This document shows, in pieces, positions 19,264-28,025 of a stretch of 35,850 bases of DNA. The notes under the pieces are model-generated. The model was not told where the DNA came from. It ran no database searches and saw nothing but the letters and a program-made list of their open reading frames with translations. The stretch's first letter is position 1. Each line of letters begins with the position of its first letter. The stretch comes from Promethearchaeota archaeon Loki_b31 (GTDB taxonomy: Archaea; Asgardarchaeota; Lokiarchaeia; Sigyniarchaeales; SOKP01). The position numbers and the translations under genes are program-made. The stretch spans positions 1-35,850 of the forward strand of contig NJBI01000036.1 of assembly GCA_005222975.1 (NCBI GenBank), given 5' to 3'.

Positions 19264-20301
19264 ATGTTTGGAGGAAGAAAAATACAGTATAAATTTAGAA
19301 CTTATAGATCCGATGCAGCACCCTTTTTCTTTTTTATTGACATCTTTCCTCTTGATCTTAAAATTTTTGATACACCTCACGCAATAGCTTTAGCTAATCA
19401 TATTAAGAACAATCCGGTTATGCCTTTACCAATGAGAGTTGATCGGGTTTTCAACGGAGAAAGTTCGATACTTATTCGTCCTAATTCTCCAATAACGTTT
19501 CCCTTGAATGAATCAATTTTAGGTATCATTAATCCAGTACCTTTTCTACAAATAGGAATAGAGAATTTGCTTTTTTTCGCAGAAATTAGATCTCAACAAC
19601 GACTGTTCCGCTCCCTTAAGAAAGAAAAAGTTAAGGAATGGTGGGAAAATACGCGATATCTTTATGGTAATCTACATCAGGTCGAAGAAGATTTTTCAGC
19701 TTTTTTAAATGCATATTTATATACAATAATAAAAGCAAAAATCAATGAGGATGATATTACAAAAGCTGCAATAGAATATTGTGAAATAATTAATAATATT
19801 TGTAAAGAGAGAATGATAACAAACAAGATTTTAGTCGAGATAAAAGATACTCAAGAAAGGGTAAAACTATATCGAGAGAAAACAGCTAAAAGGAGAAAAA
19901 GGTTAAGTGTAGTTGAAAAAGTTGAATATCACCCAGAACTCATCGATATTGAGGTATTTAATTTTTCTGATAATGGTTTTCCAAAGCAGATGGATTTTAA
20001 AAATTCTAATCTGAAAAATTATGGTAGTATTGTAGCGAAGTATATTCCATTGTTATTATATGATGATTTACAGGAGTGTATGTTACAAAATCTAGCATTA
20101 CTTGAAAAGAATGAAGTTGCGTTATTAAATCCCTCACTTCTTCTGGAAAATAATGTGGTCTTGCTTTTAGGATCAGAAAAGGCAGAAAGTAGTGATTTGC
20201 ACAAATATTTTTGGTTATCAGATTTAAATGAAGTAAATATTGAAGGAATTTTAACTTCTATAACTCAATCAATAAATCCTAAAAGTGATACTAGAATATA
20301 G
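19264..20301 (+). CDS. Hypothetical soluble protein, 345 aa
   Basis: Long ORF in AT-rich DNA with ATG start; no motif recognised. Confidence 0.75.
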   Translation: MFGGRKIQYKFRTYRSDAAPFFFFIDIFPLDLKIFDTPHAIALANHIKNNPVMPLPMRVDRVFNGESSILIRPNSPITFPLNESILGIINPVPFLQIGIENLLFFAEIRSQQRLFRSLKKEKVKEWWENTRYLYGNLHQVEEDFSAFLNAYLYTIIKAKINEDDITKAAIEYCEIINNICKERMITNKILVEIKDTQERVKLYREKTAKRRKRLSVVEKVEYHPELIDIEVFNFSDNGFPKQMDFKNSNLKNYGSIVAKYIPLLLYDDLQECMLQNLALLEKNEVALLNPSLLLENNVVLLLGSEKAESSDLHKYFWLSDLNEVNIEGILTSITQSINPKSDTRI

Positions 20302-20777
20302 ACATGTAAATCGGGTCTATAAAACATACTTTCCTTATCTTCTGTTGAATAATTACGATCTATCCCTATCCCGCGAACGCGAGTCATGTGTTCAAACCCA
20401 GTAGCTAATACGCTTTTACTATGACCTGTCATAATTTCCATAATTCCCACGTGCATTCCTGATCCTGCTGAAGCGCACTGTCTATCAATAAAAAACGACG
20501 GGACTCCATAGGGAAATCCTGCTAGGAACAGAGGGCCGCGGCCTCCATAAGTCCAATTTTCTAATACCCCCGCAGCAACACCTATAGATACTTCATCCAT
20601 ATCTTTTTTTTCAATTCCTTTATCTGCCAATTTTCCATCAAAGAATTTTATTAACAACTCAGCAAGTAACTCATCTCCCCTAATCTCGCCAAATACATCT
20701 CTTTCGGGCTGATTTGGTCTGGAACGCGAAAAAGGTGTTCGAGCATAATCAATTAACCAGACTTCTTTTAAATTCAT
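20265..20777 (-). pseudogene. 3'-truncated thiolase (N-terminal about 156 aa)
   Basis: VWLIDYARTPFSRSRP; catalytic-Cys motif IDRQCASAG; GFEHMT; the C-terminal His/Cys domain is missing and the frame runs into the convergent gene. Confidence 0.85.
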
Positions 20778-20960
20778 CCTATTTTCACTCTTTTTTTATG
20801 ACATTTTCTATTGTAGAAAACTGCATTTATTTTAAAATTTACCGAGTTAGCAAATTTGATGATAAAATTTAAAAGTGTTATTATCATCCTTTTTTATGAT
20901 TTCAATCGCGAAATCTAACTCAAAAATAAAAAAGAAGATTATAAAATTGAAAGGTGAAAT

Positions 20961-21617
20961 TTGATGGGAGATCAAGAAGAGCCATTAATTAGAAAAATTG
21001 AGCATAAAAAACCTACCCGTCTTTCAGAACCACGTATCCCTCCTTTAGATAAAGCTAAAACTCGTAAATTGGTTGAGGAATTACTTGATAAATCAGAATG
21101 GGATGGTTTAGTGCAAAAAGTAATAGAAGACACAAAAGAAGTTAAAACTTTTATCAGTAGTTTAAATGTTTGGGCTACATTATTAAGATACAAAGATTTA
21201 AGCTTTAGTTTATATGTCGATAATGGTCATATCATGTCAAGATCATCACTTCCAGATAGGGATCGAGAGATTTTAATTCTTCGCATAGCTTGGCTTTGCT
21301 ATGCAGAATATGAATGGGCTCAACATGTTAGATTTGGGAAATTTGTAGGCTTAATAGATGAGGAGATTAATCGAATTCTTGAAGGACCTGATGCTGAAGG
21401 GTGGGATTCTTTTAATTCAGCATTAATTCGTTCAGTAGATGAATTGTATAAAGATACTTTTATATCTGATGCAACTTGGAAAAGCTTGACTGAATGTTAT
21501 GATACTAACCAACTTATGGATCTAGTCTTCACCGTTGGTCAATACCAATCATTAGCTATGGCCCTTAATACTTTGGGAGTTCAACTCGAAGAAGGTATTG
21601 AAGGGTTTCCTAAATGA
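20961..21617 (+). CDS. Carboxymuconolactone decarboxylase / AhpD-like family protein
   Basis: PRIPPL; LPDRDREILILRIAWLCYAEYEWAQH; DELY....ISDATW; DLVFTVGQY. Confidence 0.85.
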   Translation: MMGDQEEPLIRKIEHKKPTRLSEPRIPPLDKAKTRKLVEELLDKSEWDGLVQKVIEDTKEVKTFISSLNVWATLLRYKDLSFSLYVDNGHIMSRSSLPDRDREILILRIAWLCYAEYEWAQHVRFGKFVGLIDEEINRILEGPDAEGWDSFNSALIRSVDELYKDTFISDATWKSLTECYDTNQLMDLVFTVGQYQSLAMALNTLGVQLEEGIEGFPK

Positions 21618-21680
21618 AAGTATGGAAAGATTCTTCTAATAATAAGAATTTTTGATAAAAAAATTAAAAAAATTTGTTTT

Positions 21681-21769
21681 TTATTATTTACCTTGAAATT
21701 CTGGTTTTCTCTTTTCTAAGATCTAGAAAAAGCAGTCCGAGCGTAATCGATCAACCACACTTCTTTCAA
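21681..21769 (-). pseudogene. Deletion scar: thiolase 5' end joined to enoyl-CoA hydratase 3' end
   Basis: After a GGTGA RBS, TTG-KEVWLIDYARTAFSRS* (21769-21716); an overlapping shifted frame reads LEKRKPEFQGK** (21719-21681), a typical crotonase C-terminus. Confidence 0.8.
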
Positions 21770-21834
21770 ATTTAAATCACCTACTTTAATTTCACACCAA
21801 ATTTCATGAATATTAATATATAACTTAGATTAAG

Positions 21835-23150
21835 GTTATTTTTAATTTCCTTTCATGGAATTTAAATTTTATTCTATTAAATTCTATAACTACGAAACAG
21901 CAATAGAATACGGATATAACCCTACACCCTCTATCCCATCAACCAATACGGCATTTGGGATTACTTTTTTAATTATATTATATCCTGCATTGACATCTGC
22001 GTTCAAGATAATCCCTTTCTTGCTTCGAAATAACCCTCTGCTAATTCGCTTTCCAGCATAGTTTTTATGTTTCTGAATCGATTCGTTGTCTAAAAAACTG
22101 CATTTAGATGTGTAAGATTCCTTTTCTAAGATAACATGGATTCCTACTAATTTGGATTTGTATTGAATTTGAAAAATTAATTTGAAATAGGGTAGCTGAA
22201 CGAATTTTTGGTTATTTCTCCGCCCCATATTAACTTTTTGTTTCCAAGAGCGATTATACCCAATAATTATCGTTCCAAGATTATTATAGACGCAATAATT
22301 AATAATTCTTCTTGAAATTTTGTGAAATTGGTCGTTAATTTTGTTATTTCGCTTTTTAGTTAGCTTTTGTATTCTTCTCGTTTCAAACGCGATCCCTCGC
22401 TTATCTTTAACGCTTTTATATCTTGCTAGTTGTTTGTTATAGAATTGATTTGTGGACTTCGCAATACCGCCTTTAATAATTGCGGGTTGTAAGCCGACAT
22501 TATTTACCATAGTTACGATATTTGTTAATCCTAAATCAATCCCTAAAATTCTCTTTTTATCTAGCTTTAGGTTTTTTACATCTTTCTCGAATATAATCTC
22601 TACAGCGTAATATAATCCCTTAGGAACGAGCCTTATCTGATGTAATTGGCCTTTAATGCGTGTTTTTATTGGAAGGATAGCTACTTTTTCAGGAAAATAT
22701 AAGTAACCCTCCTTGATTCGGCATTGTTGATTAGTGAAAATAAGCAAGAATTCTCCGTTCCTTTTCTTATATTTTGGAGGTCTAGGGCGTCCTAGATACT
22801 TTCTTGGTTGAGCCCTCCATTTTTTAAGGGAATTAAAAAACGATTTCCAATTCTTATCAACCAGTCTTAATATCTGTTGAGATGTTTGCGAGGGAAGTTT
22901 CTTGTATACTTCTTTATTTTTTAACATATACCATAAATCGTAGTATCTTAGCCAGTTTCCTAAATAAAAAAATTCTTGCCTTACGTAATAATTTGCCACA
23001 TTGTAGATGTTTTTGGATAAATGACATAAGCACGAGAGGTTTGCTGTCTTTTTTATCTGGATTTGTTCAGTCAGTCTCATTCCTATGTGTTTCAATAGAT
23101 ATTTAAACTAATATAAAACGAGAGTGTGTAAATTTATAGATAAAATAAAG
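21835..23150 (-). mobile_element. Solo-tnpB element; boundaries approximate
   Basis: tnpB without transposase, in a divergent intergenic region; candidate right end ...AATAAC at 21835; hairpin-forming sequence at the tnpB 3' end; left end not defined. Confidence 0.55.
21890..23095 (-). CDS. tnpB: TnpB RNA-guided endonuclease (IS200/IS605 superfamily, no tnpA); probable start ATG at 23080
   Basis: SKNIYNVANY; RPPKYK; RuvC-I ILGIDLG; ESYTSKCSFLD; RuvC-III NADVNAGYNI; C-terminal GIEGVGLYP. Confidence 0.93.
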   Translation of the reverse strand: MKHIGMRLTEQIQIKKTANLSCLCHLSKNIYNVANYYVRQEFFYLGNWLRYYDLWYMLKNKEVYKKLPSQTSQQILRLVDKNWKSFFNSLKKWRAQPRKYLGRPRPPKYKKRNGEFLLIFTNQQCRIKEGYLYFPEKVAILPIKTRIKGQLHQIRLVPKGLYYAVEIIFEKDVKNLKLDKKRILGIDLGLTNIVTMVNNVGLQPAIIKGGIAKSTNQFYNKQLARYKSVKDKRGIAFETRRIQKLTKKRNNKINDQFHKISRRIINYCVYNNLGTIIIGYNRSWKQKVNMGRRNNQKFVQLPYFKLIFQIQYKSKLVGIHVILEKESYTSKCSFLDNESIQKHKNYAGKRISRGLFRSKKGIILNADVNAGYNIIKKVIPNAVLVDGIEGVGLYPYSIAVS

Positions 23151-23182
23151 ATATTTTAAGGAATTTATAATAAATAATTAAA

Positions 23183-23198
23183 ATTAATCTAGATTAAT
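23183..23198. promoter_or_regulatory. Perfect 16-bp palindrome upstream of the NMO-family gene
   Basis: ATTAATCTAGATTAAT, 12 bp after TTTATAA (23164-23170) and 32 bp before the ORF. Confidence 0.5.
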
Positions 23199-23230
23199 AA
23201 TAAATTAAAATATTTCAGATTTTAAAAGAA

Positions 23231-24292
23231 GTGATGTATATGGTATTGGAAACAAACATAACTAAGATGCTTGGTATTAAGCATCCAATAATAGCTGCCC
23301 CGATGGGACCCTTCTATACCACTGAATTGACTGTTGCCTTATCTGAGGTTGGTGGTCTGGGCGTGTTAAGCCATACTGCTTTAATCTCAGATTATGAGGC
23401 TGGAAAAGAGCCGGTTGGCATAATGAAAAAAAATATGGAATATGTTGTCGAACACACAGATAAGCCTTTTGGTTTTAACATTAGAACCTCGCGAAGAGAA
23501 TTGGCTGCTTCAAGCCTCGTTAAAGAAATTCCTAGATTCATTATGAAAAACCCAAAATTAAGAGAACAATGTGTTTACGCAATTACAAGCGCAGGTTCTT
23601 CAAAAACTCTACCCCAATCTAAACCTTTTCAAAGACTAAAAGAAAGCGGATCTCAGATCAAACATTTTCACGTAGCTCCCGCGTTATGGCTTGCAGATAA
23701 ATGTATTGCTTCAAATGTTGACGGTTTAGTAGTTTCTGGTGGGGAAGGTGGAGGTCATCAATCTTATGAAAAAGTCAGCACTTTAGTATTATTACAACAA
23801 GTTCTCCAAAAACATCCAGATATACCTGTAGTGGCCTGTGGTGGTTTTGCTACAGGAAATGGATTAGCTGCCGCTTTAGCTATTGGAGCTGGAGCTGTAG
23901 CAATGGGCTCCAGGTTTATTGCTTCTAATGAGAGCGAATTCGATGGAACCTACAAAAATGTTGTTCCTTCTGCTAAAGCTCAAGATACAATCCTAGCAAC
24001 CGGTGCCTTGGGGCCTATACGGCTTTGGAGAAATGAATATTCATTACACCACGGTCTTGTATCCGATAAGGAAGCAAAAATGGCCGAAGAAGCAGAAATG
24101 TCGATGGAAGACATAATAGAAGAAGGAAGGAAATATGAAGCGGCATATTTAGGAGATATTAATACCGGGGCTGTTCTTTTAGGTCAGAGCATAGGTGTCA
24201 TAAACAGTTTAAAATCCGTTAAGAAAATAGTCGAAGAAATCATAGAGGACGCAGAAAAACGGCTTAAAAACGCTTATGGCTATTTAAAATAA
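23231..24292 (+). CDS. Nitronate monooxygenase / FabK-like FMN oxidoreductase
   Basis: LGIKHPIIAAPM; VGGLGVL; TDKPFGFN; GGEGGGH; PVVACGG; GAVAMGSRF; GQSIG. Confidence 0.9.
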   Translation: MMYMVLETNITKMLGIKHPIIAAPMGPFYTTELTVALSEVGGLGVLSHTALISDYEAGKEPVGIMKKNMEYVVEHTDKPFGFNIRTSRRELAASSLVKEIPRFIMKNPKLREQCVYAITSAGSSKTLPQSKPFQRLKESGSQIKHFHVAPALWLADKCIASNVDGLVVSGGEGGGHQSYEKVSTLVLLQQVLQKHPDIPVVACGGFATGNGLAAALAIGAGAVAMGSRFIASNESEFDGTYKNVVPSAKAQDTILATGALGPIRLWRNEYSLHHGLVSDKEAKMAEEAEMSMEDIIEEGRKYEAAYLGDINTGAVLLGQSIGVINSLKSVKKIVEEIIEDAEKRLKNAYGYLK

Positions 24293-24434
24293 AAACCTTT
24301 TATTTTTTTACTTTTTCTCTGTTTTAATTAATTAAATTGATTTCTAAAATCTCTTTATATTTTTTTCTTTTAATAAAATTAAATTAGCTTTAAGACTTTT
24401 ATAATTTAAAATTTAGCTGTAAAACCTAATAACC

Positions 24435-25400
24435 ATGGCAGAATCTGGTCTGATTTTTCAAATACAAAAAATGAGTACTGAAGATGGCCCTGGTATTAGA
24501 ACAACGGTTTTCTTTAAACAATGTCCATTAAAATGTATCTGGTGTCATAATCCCGAATCAATTCTAAAAAAACCGCAATTAGAATGGTTTAAACATAAAT
24601 GTATAGGATGTAAAATCTGTATCGAAACATGTCAGCAAGGTGCATTATTTCTCGATGAGGATGGGATGCATATTGATAGAGAAAAGTGTAATAGTTGTGG
24701 AGATTGCTCAGAAGAATGTCCCAGCACTGCCTTACATATGTTTGGAGAACTATGGCGTTTAGAGGATTTGTATTACGAAATTCAAAAAGATAAGGTTTAC
24801 TACACGCAATCTCATGGTGGAATAACGGTTTCAGGAGGCGAACCAACGCTCCAATCAGATTTTATCTTAGATTTTTTGAAAAAATGCAAAGAAAACGGGA
24901 TATCAACGGCTTTAGATACGTGTGGATACGCTTCCAAAAAAATTTACGAAAAATTACTTCCTCACGTTGACTTAGTCCTTCTGGATATAAAAGAGATTAA
25001 TTTTGATAAACATAAAGAATTTACTGGAGTTCCAAACGACCTCATTTTAGAAAATGCAATTTTTATTTCGAATTATGTAAAAGATAATAGTAAAAAGCTT
25101 TGGGTTCGAACGCCAATTATCCCAAATTATACCGCCACAGAAGAAAATATTAAGGGTATTGGAGAATTTATTGTAAATAAATTACATAACATTCCAGAAA
25201 GATGGGATTTATTAAGTTTCAATAACTTATGTACTGCAAAATACGAAAGATTAGATATGGATTGGCCCCTAAAGGACTTTTCGCTTATGACTAAAGACGA
25301 AATGAATGATTTTGTTGAGCTTGCTAAGAAAATTGGCGTTAAAAACGCTCAATGGTCTGGATTAACAAAAAAAGAAAACGATCAAGATTACAATAATTAA
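24435..25400 (+). CDS. Glycyl-radical activating enzyme, copy 2
   Basis: EDGPGIRT; CPLKCIWCHNPE; two ferredoxin motifs; GGITVSGGEP; colinear paralogue of 13949-14902. Confidence 0.93.
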   Translation: MAESGLIFQIQKMSTEDGPGIRTTVFFKQCPLKCIWCHNPESILKKPQLEWFKHKCIGCKICIETCQQGALFLDEDGMHIDREKCNSCGDCSEECPSTALHMFGELWRLEDLYYEIQKDKVYYTQSHGGITVSGGEPTLQSDFILDFLKKCKENGISTALDTCGYASKKIYEKLLPHVDLVLLDIKEINFDKHKEFTGVPNDLILENAIFISNYVKDNSKKLWVRTPIIPNYTATEENIKGIGEFIVNKLHNIPERWDLLSFNNLCTAKYERLDMDWPLKDFSLMTKDEMNDFVELAKKIGVKNAQWSGLTKKENDQDYNN

Positions 25401-25442
25401 TAATATTCTAATTAAAAGTAGAATTTTAAGAAATGATATAAA

Positions 25443-26327
25443 ATGGGAAAGAAAAAAAATTTACTTAGATGGTCATCCGAAATATCTGACGAAGGCATAG
25501 AATTTACGCAACCAGATATTATGTTAAAGTTAATATCTACTATAGACGATCGAGGTTGGCCCCATATAACTCTAATTTCAAGTAATCGGGCTATTAATAA
25601 AAAACAAATAGTGTGGGGGGCTTTTACTGAAGGTACATCAAAGAAATACGTTAAAAAGAGACCAAAACAAGGAATCTTTTTTATGACTGCTGAAATGCCA
25701 TTTAAATTTATCCAGGTTAAAGCCGAATTTAGTCATACTACCAGTGAAGGAGAAGATTTAGAACATTTTAACAAATCACAATTGATGCGCTACTTTACCT
25801 ATGTAAGAGTTCACACAGCGTACTACAATAACATAGTAGCTGTGACACCTGTAAGAAATTTACCCTTGTTTGGTGTCGTAAAAGGAATAGTTAAAGATAT
25901 GATTGGGAAAGGCGGAGCGAAAACAAAACTTGACGAAAAGCGTTTAAATGTTCTTGGACACAAATTATTCGCGGACTTAATCGCCGTTAGAGTAATTGCG
26001 TATATCGACCCCACTGATGGTTATCCAACTATGATTCCTTGTATTCAACTTCAAGCGGCCGATCACAACAGATTAGTGTTTCCTCCTTCTGTTTTAGAAG
26101 AAGATTTATACCAGATACCCGTTAACTCAAAAGTGGCTGTTTTTGGAATGAATTTTGATTTTTATAATCAAGTCGTAAAAGGAACATTTACGGGTTTTAA
26201 GAAATTTAGAGGGATTAAGTTTGGAGTTATAGAGATTGAAGAAATTTATAATAGTACTCCGCCCGTAGTAGGAAAGATTTATCCCGAAATTGAAACTAGA
26301 CCTAAGGTTACTGACTTTCACTTGTAA
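25443..26327 (+). CDS. Pyridoxamine 5'-phosphate oxidase-like (FMN split-barrel) protein, two tandem domains
   Basis: Repeated motif LISTIDDRGWPHIT / VIAYIDPTDGYPTM in the N- and C-terminal halves. Confidence 0.7.
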   Translation: MGKKKNLLRWSSEISDEGIEFTQPDIMLKLISTIDDRGWPHITLISSNRAINKKQIVWGAFTEGTSKKYVKKRPKQGIFFMTAEMPFKFIQVKAEFSHTTSEGEDLEHFNKSQLMRYFTYVRVHTAYYNNIVAVTPVRNLPLFGVVKGIVKDMIGKGGAKTKLDEKRLNVLGHKLFADLIAVRVIAYIDPTDGYPTMIPCIQLQAADHNRLVFPPSVLEEDLYQIPVNSKVAVFGMNFDFYNQVVKGTFTGFKKFRGIKFGVIEIEEIYNSTPPVVGKIYPEIETRPKVTDFHL

Positions 26328-26451
26328 TTATCTTTCATTTTCTTAATTTATTAATTATTAAATAAAATTTTGAAAATTTTATTACTGATTTTGTTTTTTC
26401 TAAACTAAGTTAATATTTACTTTTTATTACTATTTAGGAGATTCATATTAT

Positions 26452-27984
26452 ATGAGCAAAAAAATGAATGTACTTTTTATTATCACAGATCAGCAACGTG
26501 CTGATATGTTGGGTTGTTATGGCAATAAAATAATTAAAACCCCCAATTTAGATAGGTTTGCTAAAGAAAATGTAAGGTTTTCTAACGCTTTCTGTGTATG
26601 TCCTATGTGTATGCCTAATAGAGCCACGATGTTAACTGGATACTATCCTAACGTTCATGGTGTGCGAAGTAACGGTATAAATTTACCAAAAGATCTGCCG
26701 ACAATAACTCAAACGCTTGTAAAAAGAGGTTATCATACTATTACTGTAGGTAAAACTCATTACAACACTTGGACGCCAAGATACAACCCAAAAATAGAAT
26801 CGGCAGAGGATTTTCAAGACTGGAAAACGAGAAACCCTAAAGGTAATCATCTAGCACATGAGAATTTTCCACTCCCCTATTATGGGTTTGAGGAAGTCGA
26901 TTTAGTTATAGGACATGGTAACGCATGTTCGGGACACTATCTTGAATGGATAGAAGAAAGAGATCCTAAACTTACGAAAAAAATTGTAGAAGAATATTCA
27001 AATAAGATACCTACTCTCGAAATTTTTTATGAAAGTTGGGTTCCTATAGAGCTTTATAATACCACTTACATTCAAAATAATACCATAGCGTTTTTAGAAA
27101 GATACTCTAAAGGAAAATATGGAGAAAAACCTTTCTTTTTACATTGTTCATTTCCTGATCCCCATCAACCAGTCTCACCACCTGGAAAGTATAGAGATAT
27201 GTATAAACCAGAGGACATGGTACTCCCTGAGAATTTCCATAATATAAAGAACTTATATAAACACCCTTATTTAAAAAAGCATTTAGAACATCCCCCCGCA
27301 AGAGGATCATTATTACACGAAGAAACAGAAGAAAATATAAGGAAGTTTATTGCTCTCAGCTACGGTTCTGTTTCTTTAATTGATCACGCTGTAGGTCAAA
27401 TTTTAGCTTCATTGGAAAAGTTCGGATTAGCAGAGAATACGATGGTGATCTTCACTTCAGATCATGGAGATTATATGGGAGACCATAGTTTAATATTAAA
27501 AGGAATCTCTCCCTTTAACGGTACCTTGCAAGTCCCTTTAATTTGGCGGGTTCCTGGTGTTACTAAATCAGCAGTTTCTGATGCACTAATCAGTTCAGTA
27601 GATATACCCAAAACAATTCTTGAGCTATTAAATATCAGCGAAAGATATAGACCACCGGGAATGCAAGGCTATGATATGACGCCAGTTTTGAAGGATCCTA
27701 CAATTGAATTACGAGATTCCATTCTAATCACAGAAGACGAAGAAGTAGGTCCGCGCGGACCCTTATATACGAGACTAATTCATTTAGTAACAAAAGATTT
27801 TAAATTAACTAAATATGCTGAATTACCCGGATATGGAGACCTTTTCGATCGAAAGAACGACAAGGCAGAACTAAATAATTTATGGGAAAAAGATCAAGAG
27901 CTAAGACTAAAATTATTGGACAAAATGTTCCACGAATATTCCATGACTCGAACTAGGTTCCCTAAAAGAAATTCAGGTTTCTAA
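26452..27984 (+). CDS. Formylglycine-dependent sulfatase (Cys-type)
   Basis: NVLFIITDQQRAD; TPNLD; CMPNRA (CxPxR); GKTH; DPH; FTSDHGD. Confidence 0.92.
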   Translation: MSKKMNVLFIITDQQRADMLGCYGNKIIKTPNLDRFAKENVRFSNAFCVCPMCMPNRATMLTGYYPNVHGVRSNGINLPKDLPTITQTLVKRGYHTITVGKTHYNTWTPRYNPKIESAEDFQDWKTRNPKGNHLAHENFPLPYYGFEEVDLVIGHGNACSGHYLEWIEERDPKLTKKIVEEYSNKIPTLEIFYESWVPIELYNTTYIQNNTIAFLERYSKGKYGEKPFFLHCSFPDPHQPVSPPGKYRDMYKPEDMVLPENFHNIKNLYKHPYLKKHLEHPPARGSLLHEETEENIRKFIALSYGSVSLIDHAVGQILASLEKFGLAENTMVIFTSDHGDYMGDHSLILKGISPFNGTLQVPLIWRVPGVTKSAVSDALISSVDIPKTILELLNISERYRPPGMQGYDMTPVLKDPTIELRDSILITEDEEVGPRGPLYTRLIHLVTKDFKLTKYAELPGYGDLFDRKNDKAELNNLWEKDQELRLKLLDKMFHEYSMTRTRFPKRNSGF

Positions 27985-28025
27985 AAATCAATGATAAGAG
28001 GTTAAAGTTATTATCCTATTAGAAA

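Noticed and set aside
20832-20857. AAATTTAC...GCAAATTT as a fourth copy of the GRE operator
   Set aside because: The spacer is 7 bp rather than 3. Other half-sites (about 2530 and 23128) are expected in AT-rich DNA.
1-21769. Thiolase N-terminal repeats as DGR template/variable repeats or invertible cassettes
   Set aside because: Differences are mostly synonymous and not adenine-specific; no reverse transcriptase or recombinase; deletion scars explain them.
23183-23198. Target of the predicted TnpB guide
   Set aside because: Only 8 nt (TTAATCTA) match and the guide boundary is itself uncertain.
24435-25400. Second radical SAM enzyme as the anaerobic sulfatase maturase
   Set aside because: It has GRE-activase architecture with an internal ferredoxin insert and no C-terminal SPASM domain.
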